This document shows positions 17,763 through 27,207 of a stretch of DNA of 56,371 bases, in pieces. Under the pieces are notes generated by a model. That model was not told the DNA's origin and made no database searches. It worked only from the letters and a program-made list of their open reading frames with translations. This stretch comes from Alphaproteobacteria bacterium (GTDB lineage Bacteria; Pseudomonadota; Alphaproteobacteria; Micavibrionales; UBA1664). The first letter of the stretch is position 1. Every line of letters starts with the position of its first letter. The DNA is taken from NCBI GenBank assembly GCA_035906295.1, contig JAMIFL010000128.1, forward strand, positions 1-56,371, given 5' to 3'. A program made the translations under genes and the position numbers.

Positions 17763-19394
17763 TTAACGCGGCAGGCGGATGGTGACGACGGTGCCCTGCC
17801 CCAGACGGGAATCGATGGTGAGCTGGCCGTGGTGCAGTTCGGTCAGGTCTTTCGTGATGGCGAGGCCGAGGCCCGAACCTTCGTGACCGCGGGTGAAGGC
17901 GTTGGAGACCTGTTCGAACGGTTTGGTGACATCGCCCAGTTTGTGGGCGGGGATGCCGATGCCGGTGTCGCGCACGCTGATGGCGAGCATGGCGCCTTCT
18001 TCCTGCAGCGATACGTCCACCCTGCCGCCGGACTGGGTGAATTTGACGGCGTTGGAAAGGAGGTTCAGCAAAATCTGCTTCAGGGCGCGGCGGTCGGCGC
18101 GGATGTCGATGTCTTCCTGCGGCAGGCGGCAGGCGAGGCTGAGGCCGCCTTCATGGGCGCGCGCCTCCATCATCTGGGTGGTGGTGCGGATGATTTGCGA
18201 GAGGTTGATGTTTTCCAGCGTCAGTTCGTATTTGCCGGCCTCGATTTTCGACATGTCGAGGATGTCGGTGATGAGGTCGAGCAAATGGTGGCCGGATTCA
18301 CGGATGGCGCCGATATAATCGAGGTAACGTTCGTTGCCCAGCGGGCCGAGCAACTGTTTTTCGATGAGGTCGGAGAAGCCGATGATGGCGTTGAGCGGGG
18401 TGCGCAGTTCGTGGCTCATATTCGCCAGGAAGCGGGATTTGGAGGCGTAGGCGCCTTCGGCCTGGTCTTTCGCGTCGCGCAGGGCCTTTTCATGCTCCTT
18501 CTGGGAGGTGATGTCCTGCATGATGCCGTAGAGGGCGGTGACCTCGCCCTCGCTGTCCAGTTCGCAGCGGCCTTCGCAGCGTATGGTGCGGACCTGACCG
18601 TCCGGCCTGATGGCGCGGAAGTCCATGTCGTAGTCGTTCTGCTGGATGATGGCGCGCTGGAAGGCCTGGAACAGGCGGCCCAGATCGCGGCGGTGGACCA
18701 GCGCGTTCATGGTGTCCATGGCGGGGCGGAAGGACGCGCGGTCGACGCCGAAGATGTTGTACAGCTCGGACGAAAACTCGATTTCGCTGGCGCCCACTTC
18801 CCAGCGCCAGTGGCCCATATGCGCGAGCGCCTGCGCTTCGGACAATTGCTGTTCGTGGCGGGCAAGCGCGGCTTCGCGGTTACGGGTTTCGGTGATGTCG
18901 GCGCCCAGGAAGAAGAAGGTGTGGCCGGTGGTGCGCACGCGCCACGCGGTGTGGCGCACGTCGCCAGACGCGGTCATGAGGCGGCAGTGCATGTCGATTT
19001 CGGGCGCGGATGTATCCAGCGTGTCGGCCAGCAGGCTCAGGCCATGGAGGGAGGCGCGGACGGTGGCACGGTCGCCGGGTTCGACGAAGTCGATGAATTG
19101 CTGGCCGATGAGTTCGGCGGGTTCGCGGCCCAGCGCGCGCGTGAGGGCGGGGTTGAAGCGAATGATGCCGCCATCCGGGTGGGTGGAGCACATGAGGTCG
19201 CCGGTCATGTCGAGGAACTGGCGCAGTTCTTCCGCGCGCAGGGCCACGGCGGCGCCGACGACGTCCTGCGCCATGGGTATGGCGGCAGGGGTGGAAACGC
19301 CCGGATTCATGCCGGGATTACCCATGATATTCGCCATTTGCGGGTCAGATTGGTTGCTGACCGTTTTTTGTTTTTTAGCCCGCGATTTCTGCAT
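17763..19394 (-). CDS. Cytoplasmic PAS-domain sensor histidine kinase
   Basis: H-box MSHELRTPLNAIIGFSDLI. ATPase boxes LLNLLSNAVKF, VRDTGIGIP, GSGLGLAI. PAS-like repeats upstream. No TM segment and no adjacent response regulator. Confidence 0.9.
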   Translation of the reverse strand: MQKSRAKKQKTVSNQSDPQMANIMGNPGMNPGVSTPAAIPMAQDVVGAAVALRAEELRQFLDMTGDLMCSTHPDGGIIRFNPALTRALGREPAELIGQQFIDFVEPGDRATVRASLHGLSLLADTLDTSAPEIDMHCRLMTASGDVRHTAWRVRTTGHTFFFLGADITETRNREAALARHEQQLSEAQALAHMGHWRWEVGASEIEFSSELYNIFGVDRASFRPAMDTMNALVHRRDLGRLFQAFQRAIIQQNDYDMDFRAIRPDGQVRTIRCEGRCELDSEGEVTALYGIMQDITSQKEHEKALRDAKDQAEGAYASKSRFLANMSHELRTPLNAIIGFSDLIEKQLLGPLGNERYLDYIGAIRESGHHLLDLITDILDMSKIEAGKYELTLENINLSQIIRTTTQMMEARAHEGGLSLACRLPQEDIDIRADRRALKQILLNLLSNAVKFTQSGGRVDVSLQEEGAMLAISVRDTGIGIPAHKLGDVTKPFEQVSNAFTRGHEGSGLGLAITKDLTELHHGQLTIDSRLGQGTVVTIRLPR

Positions 19395-19466
19395 GAAACG
19401 CTATTACCCAGCCCTTGTCCGACGCAACAATACCGCAAATGCGCGGTTTAAGCCAGAAATTGAGAA

Positions 19467-19988
19467 TTACTGAAATTCCCAGAGCATGGTGTTCTCGGTC
19501 GCGGCGGTGCAGGCGGCGGTCATACCGGCGGTGGTGAAAGTGGTTACGGCGGTGCCGTTGACGGTGAGCGAGGTTAAATCGGCGTCGTTCTGGAAGGTAA
19601 ACACCTCACCCAGCTTGATGCAGGCGGCCCGGGGGACCAGGGTGAACTGGACCGCGTAATGGCCGTTGGCGAGGCCGTCGGCGCGCACGGGGCCGAAGAC
19701 GCCGCGCAGCGTGTCGGCGGTGGGGCGGCCCATGTCGGCGGGGGTGGCCTTGACCACGTCCATGATTTCCAAAAGCGTGCCCACGGGGTAGCCGGGCTGG
19801 TTGTTGAAGGCCTGCTTGATCATCTGCTTCAGGGTGGTGAGCTGGCGCATGCCCTGATTGCGGTTATTGACGTCGGACACGAGGCGGTATGCGGCGGCGC
19901 CCGAAAGAATGAGCACGGCGCCGACGGAGACGACGAGCAGCAGTTCGAGCAGTGAAAAACCGCGCTTACGCGATGCAGAGATAGTCAA
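19467..19988 (-). CDS. Prepilin-type N-terminal cleavage/methylation domain protein (type IV pilin or pseudopilin-like, 173 aa)
   Basis: Start placed at in-frame TTG 19986-19988: (M)TISASRKRG|FSLLELLLVVSVGAVLIL, the class III signal G-F-x-L-x-E. Two C-terminal Cys. The longer ORF to 20180 would overlap accC. Confidence 0.7.
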   Translation of the reverse strand: MTISASRKRGFSLLELLLVVSVGAVLILSGAAAYRLVSDVNNRNQGMRQLTTLKQMIKQAFNNQPGYPVGTLLEIMDVVKATPADMGRPTADTLRGVFGPVRADGLANGHYAVQFTLVPRAACIKLGEVFTFQNDADLTSLTVNGTAVTTFTTAGMTAACTAATENTMLWEFQ

Positions 19989-20068
19989 AGCCCGTTCCCC
20001 CCGGTTGATAGGCCGAGGGGATATAATAGCAGATTCAAGGCTGTGCTGCCCAGTGCCGGTATGCCCGT

Positions 20069-21442
<1,374 letters not shown>

Positions 21443-21493
21443 TTTAGAACCCTTTGTTTGCGCGCGGCCGCCTAACCAACCCCGCGCGCGGCT

Positions 21494-21955
21494 TTATTCA
21501 ATGATCATCATGACGTCGCCGAATTCAACGGGGCGGGCGTCTTCGATGAGGATTTGCTTCACGACCCCGCCGCGTTCGGCCTTGATGGGGTTCATGACTT
21601 TCATGGCTTCGATGATCATGAGCGTGTCGCCCGGTTTCACGGTGGCACCCTTGGTGACGAAGGCGGGCTTGCCCGGTTCGGGGCAGAGATAGGCGGTGCC
21701 GACCATGGGCGAAATGACGGCGCCCGGGTGCTGGGCCGCGGTGGAGTGCGACATTTCCATGGACGCGGCCATCGGCTGACCCGGATTGTCGATGGGGAAG
21801 ACGGGGGCGGCCATGGAGGGCATGTAGCTTACGGTGCCGTCCGCCTTGCGGCTGACGCGGATTTTTTCTTCACCGGAGGCGACTTCAATTTCCGTCAGCG
21901 AGGTTTCGTTGAGCAGTTCGGCCAGTTGGCGGATGGCGGCCTTATCGATTTTCAT
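21494..21955 (-). CDS. accB: Acetyl-CoA carboxylase biotin carboxyl carrier protein
   Basis: Biotinylation motif IIEAMKVMNPI. 153 aa, upstream of accC. Confidence 0.95.
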   Translation of the reverse strand: MKIDKAAIRQLAELLNETSLTEIEVASGEEKIRVSRKADGTVSYMPSMAAPVFPIDNPGQPMAASMEMSHSTAAQHPGAVISPMVGTAYLCPEPGKPAFVTKGATVKPGDTLMIIEAMKVMNPIKAERGGVVKQILIEDARPVEFGDVMMIIE

Positions 21956-22068
21956 GAACCCAATTTCCCTTTTATTTTCAATAGGCTGTCAATTATGGAC
22001 GCAGCCCAAGCCCGCATGTTTAGCAGATCACGAACCCAGCGTCAAAAAGAGACGTTTTCTGTTTTGTT

Positions 22069-22512
22069 TCAGTTACTTAATTTACGGCCCAGCGCCTCGA
22101 TGGCGACGGTGTAGCCGATGGGGCCGAGCCCGCAGATGGAGGCGAAGGCCAGCGGCGCGACGTAAGAGGTATGGCGGAAGCTTTCGCGGGCCATGGGGTT
22201 GGAGAGGTGCACCTCGGCAATGGGGCAGGACAGAAGGCGCAGCGCGTCGTGGAGAGCTACGGATGTATGCGTGTAGGCGCCCGCGTTGATGACCACCCCG
22301 GCGATGCCTTTTTGCGCGGCTTCCTGAATCCAGGTGACCAGTTCGCCTTCGGTGTTGGACTGGCGGAAATCAACCTCATGGCCGATTTTTTCAGCCGATT
22401 CGGCGCACATGCGGGCGATGTCGGCCAAGGTGGCGGAGCCGTAGATGCCCGGTTCGCGCAGGCCCAGCATGTTGAGGTTGGGGCCGTTGAGGATGAGGAT
22501 GGTTTTGGTCAT
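22069..22512 (-). CDS. aroQ: Type II 3-dehydroquinate dehydratase
   Basis: Start set at ATG 22510-22512 (MTKTILILNGPNLNMLGLREPGIYG). HLSNPMARESFRHTS. Classic aroQ-accB-accC arrangement. Confidence 0.93.
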   Translation of the reverse strand: MTKTILILNGPNLNMLGLREPGIYGSATLADIARMCAESAEKIGHEVDFRQSNTEGELVTWIQEAAQKGIAGVVINAGAYTHTSVALHDALRLLSCPIAEVHLSNPMARESFRHTSYVAPLAFASICGLGPIGYTVAIEALGRKLSN

Positions 22513-23120
22513 GCAGTTCCCAGAAAGTCTGCCAGAGTGTCGGCCAAAGCGGGGGCGTTTGTAAAGACGTGGCCGGTCATGCCCACAGCTTCGGCGGCCT
22601 GCACGTTGGCGGGGACGTCGTCGATGAACAGGCAGTCGCGCGCATCGAGGCCGTAGCGGGTGCACAGGAGGCGGTAGATGGCGGGGTCGGGTTTCATCAG
22701 CTTTTCGATGCCGGAACACACCACGCCGTCGAAGGCGGCCAGCGTGGGCCACAGGGTTTGCGAGAGCGCCCATTTTTCGGCGGAGAAATTGGTGATGGCG
22801 TAGACGGGCACCCCTGCCCGGCGCAGATCGTCCTTGATGGCGGCGGTGCCGGGAACGAGGCCCGAGACCATTTCGGGCCAGTTTGTATCGTAGGCGCGGA
22901 TGAGGGTTTCATGTTCGGGATGGAGCGCGATGCGTTCGGCGACGCCTTCGGCCCAGCTACGGCCCGCGTCCTGTTCGGCGTTCCAGCTTCGGGGGCAGAC
23001 GCGCGCGAGGAAGTCGGCGCGCGCAACATCGTCCGGTATCAGGCGGCGGTAGAGATATTCGGGGTCCCAGTCGATCAGGACGCCGCCGACGTCGAAGACG
23101 ACGATTTTACTGGGTGACAT
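22509..23120 (-). CDS. HAD-superfamily hydrolase (subfamily IA-like)
   Basis: Motif I VVFDVGGVLIDW, motif IV CLFIDDVPANV. Its stop overlaps the aroQ start (ATGA). Confidence 0.8.
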   Translation of the reverse strand: MSPSKIVVFDVGGVLIDWDPEYLYRRLIPDDVARADFLARVCPRSWNAEQDAGRSWAEGVAERIALHPEHETLIRAYDTNWPEMVSGLVPGTAAIKDDLRRAGVPVYAITNFSAEKWALSQTLWPTLAAFDGVVCSGIEKLMKPDPAIYRLLCTRYGLDARDCLFIDDVPANVQAAEAVGMTGHVFTNAPALADTLADFLGTA

Positions 23121-24132
23121 TGACGGCAGGCGCGGGCGCTTCGGCCGGGGGCATGACGTTGGGCAGCGGCACGTCCGGCACCGGGGCTTTCGGGATTTCG
23201 CCGGTGATGGGGACGGGTTTCACGTCCGGCGGGCCGGCATCGGGGCTGAGGGGGAACGGGTTAGGCGCTTCGGGCCGCGTGCGGGCGGGGGAAACGGAGA
23301 TGTCGGCGGGGGCGGCGTCGGCCCCTTCGGGGATGATGATGGGGGTGTCGTTGTCCATCGGCGGGAGGGCGACCTGACCCGGCATCACGTCGGCGGCGCC
23401 GGGCAAGGGCAGGCCCGCCTGTTCGGACACGGGCAGCGGGTCAACCTTCGGGGCGGCGGGCATGGTGTCATCCACCGGCAAGGTGAGGTTGCCTTCGGCG
23501 TCTATCCTGACCTTGACGGGCATGCCTTCGTTGGTGACGGCATCGGGCGCGGGGACGCGTTCCTCTTCCTTGCCGATGCCGCGGATTTTATCGCGCAGGC
23601 GGTCGAGCAGGCCGGGTTTTCCGGCGTTCTGGGCTTTTTCGGTTTCGGCGCGCAGCTTACGCAAGGCGGGGCCTGCCATTTCGGGGGGGAAGCGTTTGTC
23701 CAGTTCCTCGCCGGAGACGATTTCGACGGTGACTTCCTTCGTGCCCGCTTTTTCAAAGGTCAGGGTGATGGGGAAGCTCTGGCCCAGAACCATGGTCTGG
23801 GTCACGTCATCCAGCAGGATGGAGTCGGCCGAGGGGATGAGCGGAATTGCGTCTTTTGCGGGGATGAGGATGGATTTGACGTCGGACATCACGGTCTGGC
23901 CGCCGGTGATGATGGTCGCGGATTTCAGCATGGCGGTGGCGGCGCGGGCGGTGGTGGCGGAGACGAGGCGATCGGGTTCGGCGCCGTCGTTCCGGATGAG
24001 CATGAAGATGCCTGCGGTGGGCAGCTTGCTGGGGAAGGCCAGCGTGCTGGCGCGTTCGACCGTGATTTCAGCGCGGGCCGCGGGCGCGGCAAACAGGCTT
24101 GCAAGGATGAGAACAGGCAGGATAAAGCGCAT
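23107..24132 (-). CDS. Periplasmic PCuAC (DUF461)-like domain protein with Pro-rich C-terminal tail; copper ligands apparently absent
   Basis: Signal peptide MRFILPVLILASLFAAPAARA. AGIFMLIRNDGAEPDRLVSATT...FPITLTFEKAGTKEVTVEIV resembles the PCuAC fold consensus, but the expected His/Met positions are not conserved. The tail is P/A/V-rich. Confidence 0.55.
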   Translation of the reverse strand: MRFILPVLILASLFAAPAARAEITVERASTLAFPSKLPTAGIFMLIRNDGAEPDRLVSATTARAATAMLKSATIITGGQTVMSDVKSILIPAKDAIPLIPSADSILLDDVTQTMVLGQSFPITLTFEKAGTKEVTVEIVSGEELDKRFPPEMAGPALRKLRAETEKAQNAGKPGLLDRLRDKIRGIGKEEERVPAPDAVTNEGMPVKVRIDAEGNLTLPVDDTMPAAPKVDPLPVSEQAGLPLPGAADVMPGQVALPPMDNDTPIIIPEGADAAPADISVSPARTRPEAPNPFPLSPDAGPPDVKPVPITGEIPKAPVPDVPLPNVMPPAEAPAPAVNVTQ

Positions 24133-24151
24133 CGGAAACCCCCCAGAACAG

Positions 24152-24191
24152 AAAAACGGTAAGGACTATTGTAAGGCCCTTACCGTTTTTT
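24152..24191. terminator. Bidirectional terminator-like hairpin
   Basis: ACGGTAAGG (24156-24164) and CCTTACCGT (24178-24186), with AAAAA upstream and TTTTTT downstream. Confidence 0.6.
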
Positions 24192-24229
24192 GGGAATAAG
24201 AGGTTTATTCGCCGTATTTGATGCCGCAG

Positions 24230-24323
24230 GGTTTTGTTTGCCCCTCAGGCGCCGGGCGGCACACTTTCAGTGTGCCTTGGCTTCGCTGCGCTGACGCTAC
24301 GCGGGGCCTCAACGGCCCAGTGA
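24230..24323. repeat. Dispersed multi-hairpin element, copy E2, bracketed by a 25-bp direct repeat
   Basis: Hairpins GCCC/GGGC, GGCACAC-TTTCA-GTGTGCC (24258-24276) and GGGCC-TCAAC-GGCCC (24304-24318). TTATTCGCCGTATTTGATGCCGCAG occurs at 24205-24229 and at 24324-24348. Confidence 0.8.
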
Positions 24324-24944
24324 TTATTCGCCGTATTTGATGCCGCAGCCGTAGGACTGGGTTTCGGCGACGGAGACGGGGCGACCGGCGTGGAGGTCGT
24401 CGAGGACGGTTTTGACGTAGTTTTTGGCGGTGGCGATGTCGGCCTGGTCGGAGGTCGGCTTGTCGTCGATGGCGCCGGCGTAGGCGACGTTGCCGTCAGC
24501 GCCGATGACGACCATGCCGGGGGTGGTTTTGGCGCCGTAGAGTTTGCCCACCTCGCCGGTTTCGTCGATGAGGGTGGCGGTGGCGACGGCGTTGGCGTCA
24601 CGCGCGACGCGGTCGGCATCAACCCCGGAGAGGTGGCCCTGCTTGCCGGGTGCGGACGAGATGATGCGCAGCCAGATGACGCCCTGATCGGCGGCCTGCT
24701 GCTGGATTTTCTGCATGTTGCCGGAGTCGTAGTGTTTTTTGACGTAGGGGCATTCGTGGTTGGTCCATTCCAGCACCACGACCTTGCCTTTGTAGGTGGA
24801 CAGGGAACGGGTGTTGCCGCCCGTGTCCTTTGCGGAAAATTCGGGGGCGGGCTGGCCGATGACGGGGGAAGCGTGGGCCGTAAGGGGGGCTGCGCCCGCG
24901 AAGGCGAGAACGCCTGCGAGCAGAAGAGCGAAAGCGAAGCGCAT
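24324..24944 (-). CDS. Exported thioredoxin-fold (redoxin/TlpA-like) protein
   Basis: Signal peptide MRFAFALLLAGVLAFAGAAPLTAHA. Active-site region VLEWTNHECPYVKKHY. 206 aa, directly downstream of the DsbD-like gene. Confidence 0.8.
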   Translation of the reverse strand: MRFAFALLLAGVLAFAGAAPLTAHASPVIGQPAPEFSAKDTGGNTRSLSTYKGKVVVLEWTNHECPYVKKHYDSGNMQKIQQQAADQGVIWLRIISSAPGKQGHLSGVDADRVARDANAVATATLIDETGEVGKLYGAKTTPGMVVIGADGNVAYAGAIDDKPTSDQADIATAKNYVKTVLDDLHAGRPVSVAETQSYGCGIKYGE

Positions 24945-24972
24945 TTGTGAAATCTCCGGTCTGGTTTGAAGG

Positions 24973-27084
24973 TTATTTAGCGGGTTCGAGGGCGGCGGCC
25001 AGTGTGTCGAGGCTGAGAATTTGCGGGAGGACCATGGCGGGCGGGCGCTGGCCGTCAGCCTGCCGCGCGGGGTAGAGGACGTAAAGCGGCACGCCGGAGC
25101 GACGGAAGCTTTGGAGGTAGGCGGTGATGGCGGGGTCGCGGTTGGTCCAGTCGCCTTTCAGGTAGGTGAGATTTTTCGCGGCGAAGAGGTCGTGCACGGC
25201 GGGGGTATCGAGCGCGACGCGTTCGTTGACGAGGCAGGTGATGCACCAGGACGCGGTCATGTTGACGAAGACGGGGGTGTTGCCCTTGAGCGCGGTTTCG
25301 AGCGCATCGGGGGTGAAGGCGCGGGCGTTGTCGGTGCGGGCGGGGTCTTCCACCGAAACGGCGTCGCGCGGGACGATGAAGGCGAGCGTGGAGAGCGTGG
25401 CCAGCATGACAAGACCGCCCGCGGCCATGGCCAGCATGCGACGGGCGCGGGTGACGGGCTGCCTGTCAAACAGCCAGATGGCGAGGCCGAGGCCCAGCAT
25501 GCCGGTCAGCGCCCATGCGACCGCGCCGGGACCGCCCTGCTGCGCCAGCACCCAGACGAGCCAGATGACGGAGGCGAACATGGGGAAGGCCAGAAGCTGG
25601 CGGAAGGTTTCCATCCACGCGCCGGGGCGGGGGAGGATTTTCTGGAGCGCGGGGGAGCAGCACAGCACCACGAAGGGCGCCGCGAGGCCCAGCCCCACGA
25701 AGGCGAAGATGAGCAGCGCGATTGCGGGCGACTGCGTGAGGGCGGCGCCGATGGCGGTGGCCATGAAGGGCGCGGAACACGGTGTCGCCACGAGGGTTGC
25801 GAGTACGCCGGTGAGGAAGGCTGCGACCAGCGGGTGATGGCGGCCCGCGAGCAGCATTTCACCGCCGAAGGCGATACGCAGGTCGAACGCGCCGATGAGG
25901 TTCAGCCCCACGGTGAAGAGGAGCCATGCGAGCAGGGCCACGGTTGCGGGGTTTTGCAACTGGAAGCCCCAGCCGAGCTGTTCGCCCGCGCCGCGCAGGG
26001 CCAGCAGGACGGCGCCGAGCACGAGGAACATGGCGACGACGCCGAGCGCGTAGAACACGCCCGCGCGGCTGGCATGCCCCCGTTCACCCTGCGGCAGCGC
26101 CACGAGGTGCAGCGCCTTCATGGAGAGGACGGGGAAGACGCAGGGCATGAGGTTCAAAATCATGCCGCCGAGAAAGGCGAAGAGCAGCATGAGCAGCAGG
26201 GGCGTATCGAGGGATACGGCATCGGGTGCGGATTGCGCCATTGCGCCGATGCTGGCGGCGGGGGCGTTTTTAATGGGGCCTGCGAACTGCCATGCCTGTT
26301 CACCGTCGGTCAGGACGTAGCCCGCGGATTCGATGGCGGCGATGTCACGCCCAGAAGCACGCTGCTGGCGCAGGGTGAGCGTGCCGGTCGAGGGTTCGAA
26401 GGTGGCGCGCTGGTCGGAGGCGTTTTCGATGTAGCCCCATTCCAGCGGGAAGAATTCCATGTCGGACGCGGCCTTGCCGATATCGGCCGCGTAGCTGGGC
26501 AGGGTTACGCGGACGCGGACTTCGTTGGCGTCGATTTCGGTGTTGGTGGCCCAGTCGATGATTTGGGGGAGCTTGCGGGCGGCACCTGCGAACAGTTCGG
26601 CGTTGGCGGGCGACGACGAGGCGCGAATGGGCAGGTCGAGGGCTATGGCCTGCGTTTCGGGGATGCAGATTTCGTCGCAGACCAGCACGTTGACGTTGGC
26701 GCGCAGGGCCAGCGTTTGACCTATGGGCGCGTTGGCGGGGATAGCGAGATCGGTGAGCATGACCGCTTCGTCGGTGTAGCCGAAATTCATGAGCGGGCCG
26801 TAGGGGACGCGCCGGGGCGCGGGCCAGAGCAGGTCGGTGGGCTGGTAGCCGGAGGGGAGCGCCCATTTGACGTTCATCGCCTCGCCGCTGTCGCCGGGGT
26901 TGCGCCAGTAGGTGTGCCAGCCGGGGACGATGAGCTGCTGGACGCCAAGGGTGACGGTCTGGCCCGGGACGGCGGCGTCGGCGTTGGCGAGCAGGCGGAC
27001 CTGAACATGCGATTCCTGCGGGGGTTCCTGCGCGAGGGCCGGAAGGGAGACAAGCAGGGTCAGCAGCAGGAGGAAGAGACGCAT
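24973..27084 (-). CDS. dsbD: DsbD/ScsB-family transmembrane thiol:disulfide reductase
   Basis: Start set at ATG 27084 (MRLFLLLLTLLVSLPALAQE). N-domain VLVCDEICIPE. TM cysteines NLMPCVFPVLS and ATPCSAPFM. C-terminal thioredoxin ASWCITC. Confidence 0.9.
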   Translation of the reverse strand: MRLFLLLLTLLVSLPALAQEPPQESHVQVRLLANADAAVPGQTVTLGVQQLIVPGWHTYWRNPGDSGEAMNVKWALPSGYQPTDLLWPAPRRVPYGPLMNFGYTDEAVMLTDLAIPANAPIGQTLALRANVNVLVCDEICIPETQAIALDLPIRASSSPANAELFAGAARKLPQIIDWATNTEIDANEVRVRVTLPSYAADIGKAASDMEFFPLEWGYIENASDQRATFEPSTGTLTLRQQRASGRDIAAIESAGYVLTDGEQAWQFAGPIKNAPAASIGAMAQSAPDAVSLDTPLLLMLLFAFLGGMILNLMPCVFPVLSMKALHLVALPQGERGHASRAGVFYALGVVAMFLVLGAVLLALRGAGEQLGWGFQLQNPATVALLAWLLFTVGLNLIGAFDLRIAFGGEMLLAGRHHPLVAAFLTGVLATLVATPCSAPFMATAIGAALTQSPAIALLIFAFVGLGLAAPFVVLCCSPALQKILPRPGAWMETFRQLLAFPMFASVIWLVWVLAQQGGPGAVAWALTGMLGLGLAIWLFDRQPVTRARRMLAMAAGGLVMLATLSTLAFIVPRDAVSVEDPARTDNARAFTPDALETALKGNTPVFVNMTASWCITCLVNERVALDTPAVHDLFAAKNLTYLKGDWTNRDPAITAYLQSFRRSGVPLYVLYPARQADGQRPPAMVLPQILSLDTLAAALEPAK

Positions 27085-27207
27085 GCGGCTAATATAGGGG
27101 GGATTGTGGCCGGGTGAAAGGGATTGAACCACAGAGGCACGGAGGCACAGAGGGATGGGCGCGGGATGGCAGGCGGATTCCTGCTTTTGCAGGAACGGCG
27201 TTCAAGG

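Noticed and set aside
22513-22773. Extended aroQ ORF (234 aa), and likewise the extended rpsM (to 39463), rplQ (to 37280), rplF (to 49991) and purD (from 3153) ORFs
   Set aside because: The canonical N-termini begin at internal ATGs with SD sequences. The extensions overlap upstream genes or are Arg/Pro-rich junk.
25021-27117. 698-aa plus-strand ORF opposite the DsbD-like gene
   Set aside because: Shadow ORF with G/E/D/R-rich low-complexity sequence. The minus strand has the DsbD TM cysteines and a thioredoxin CxxC.
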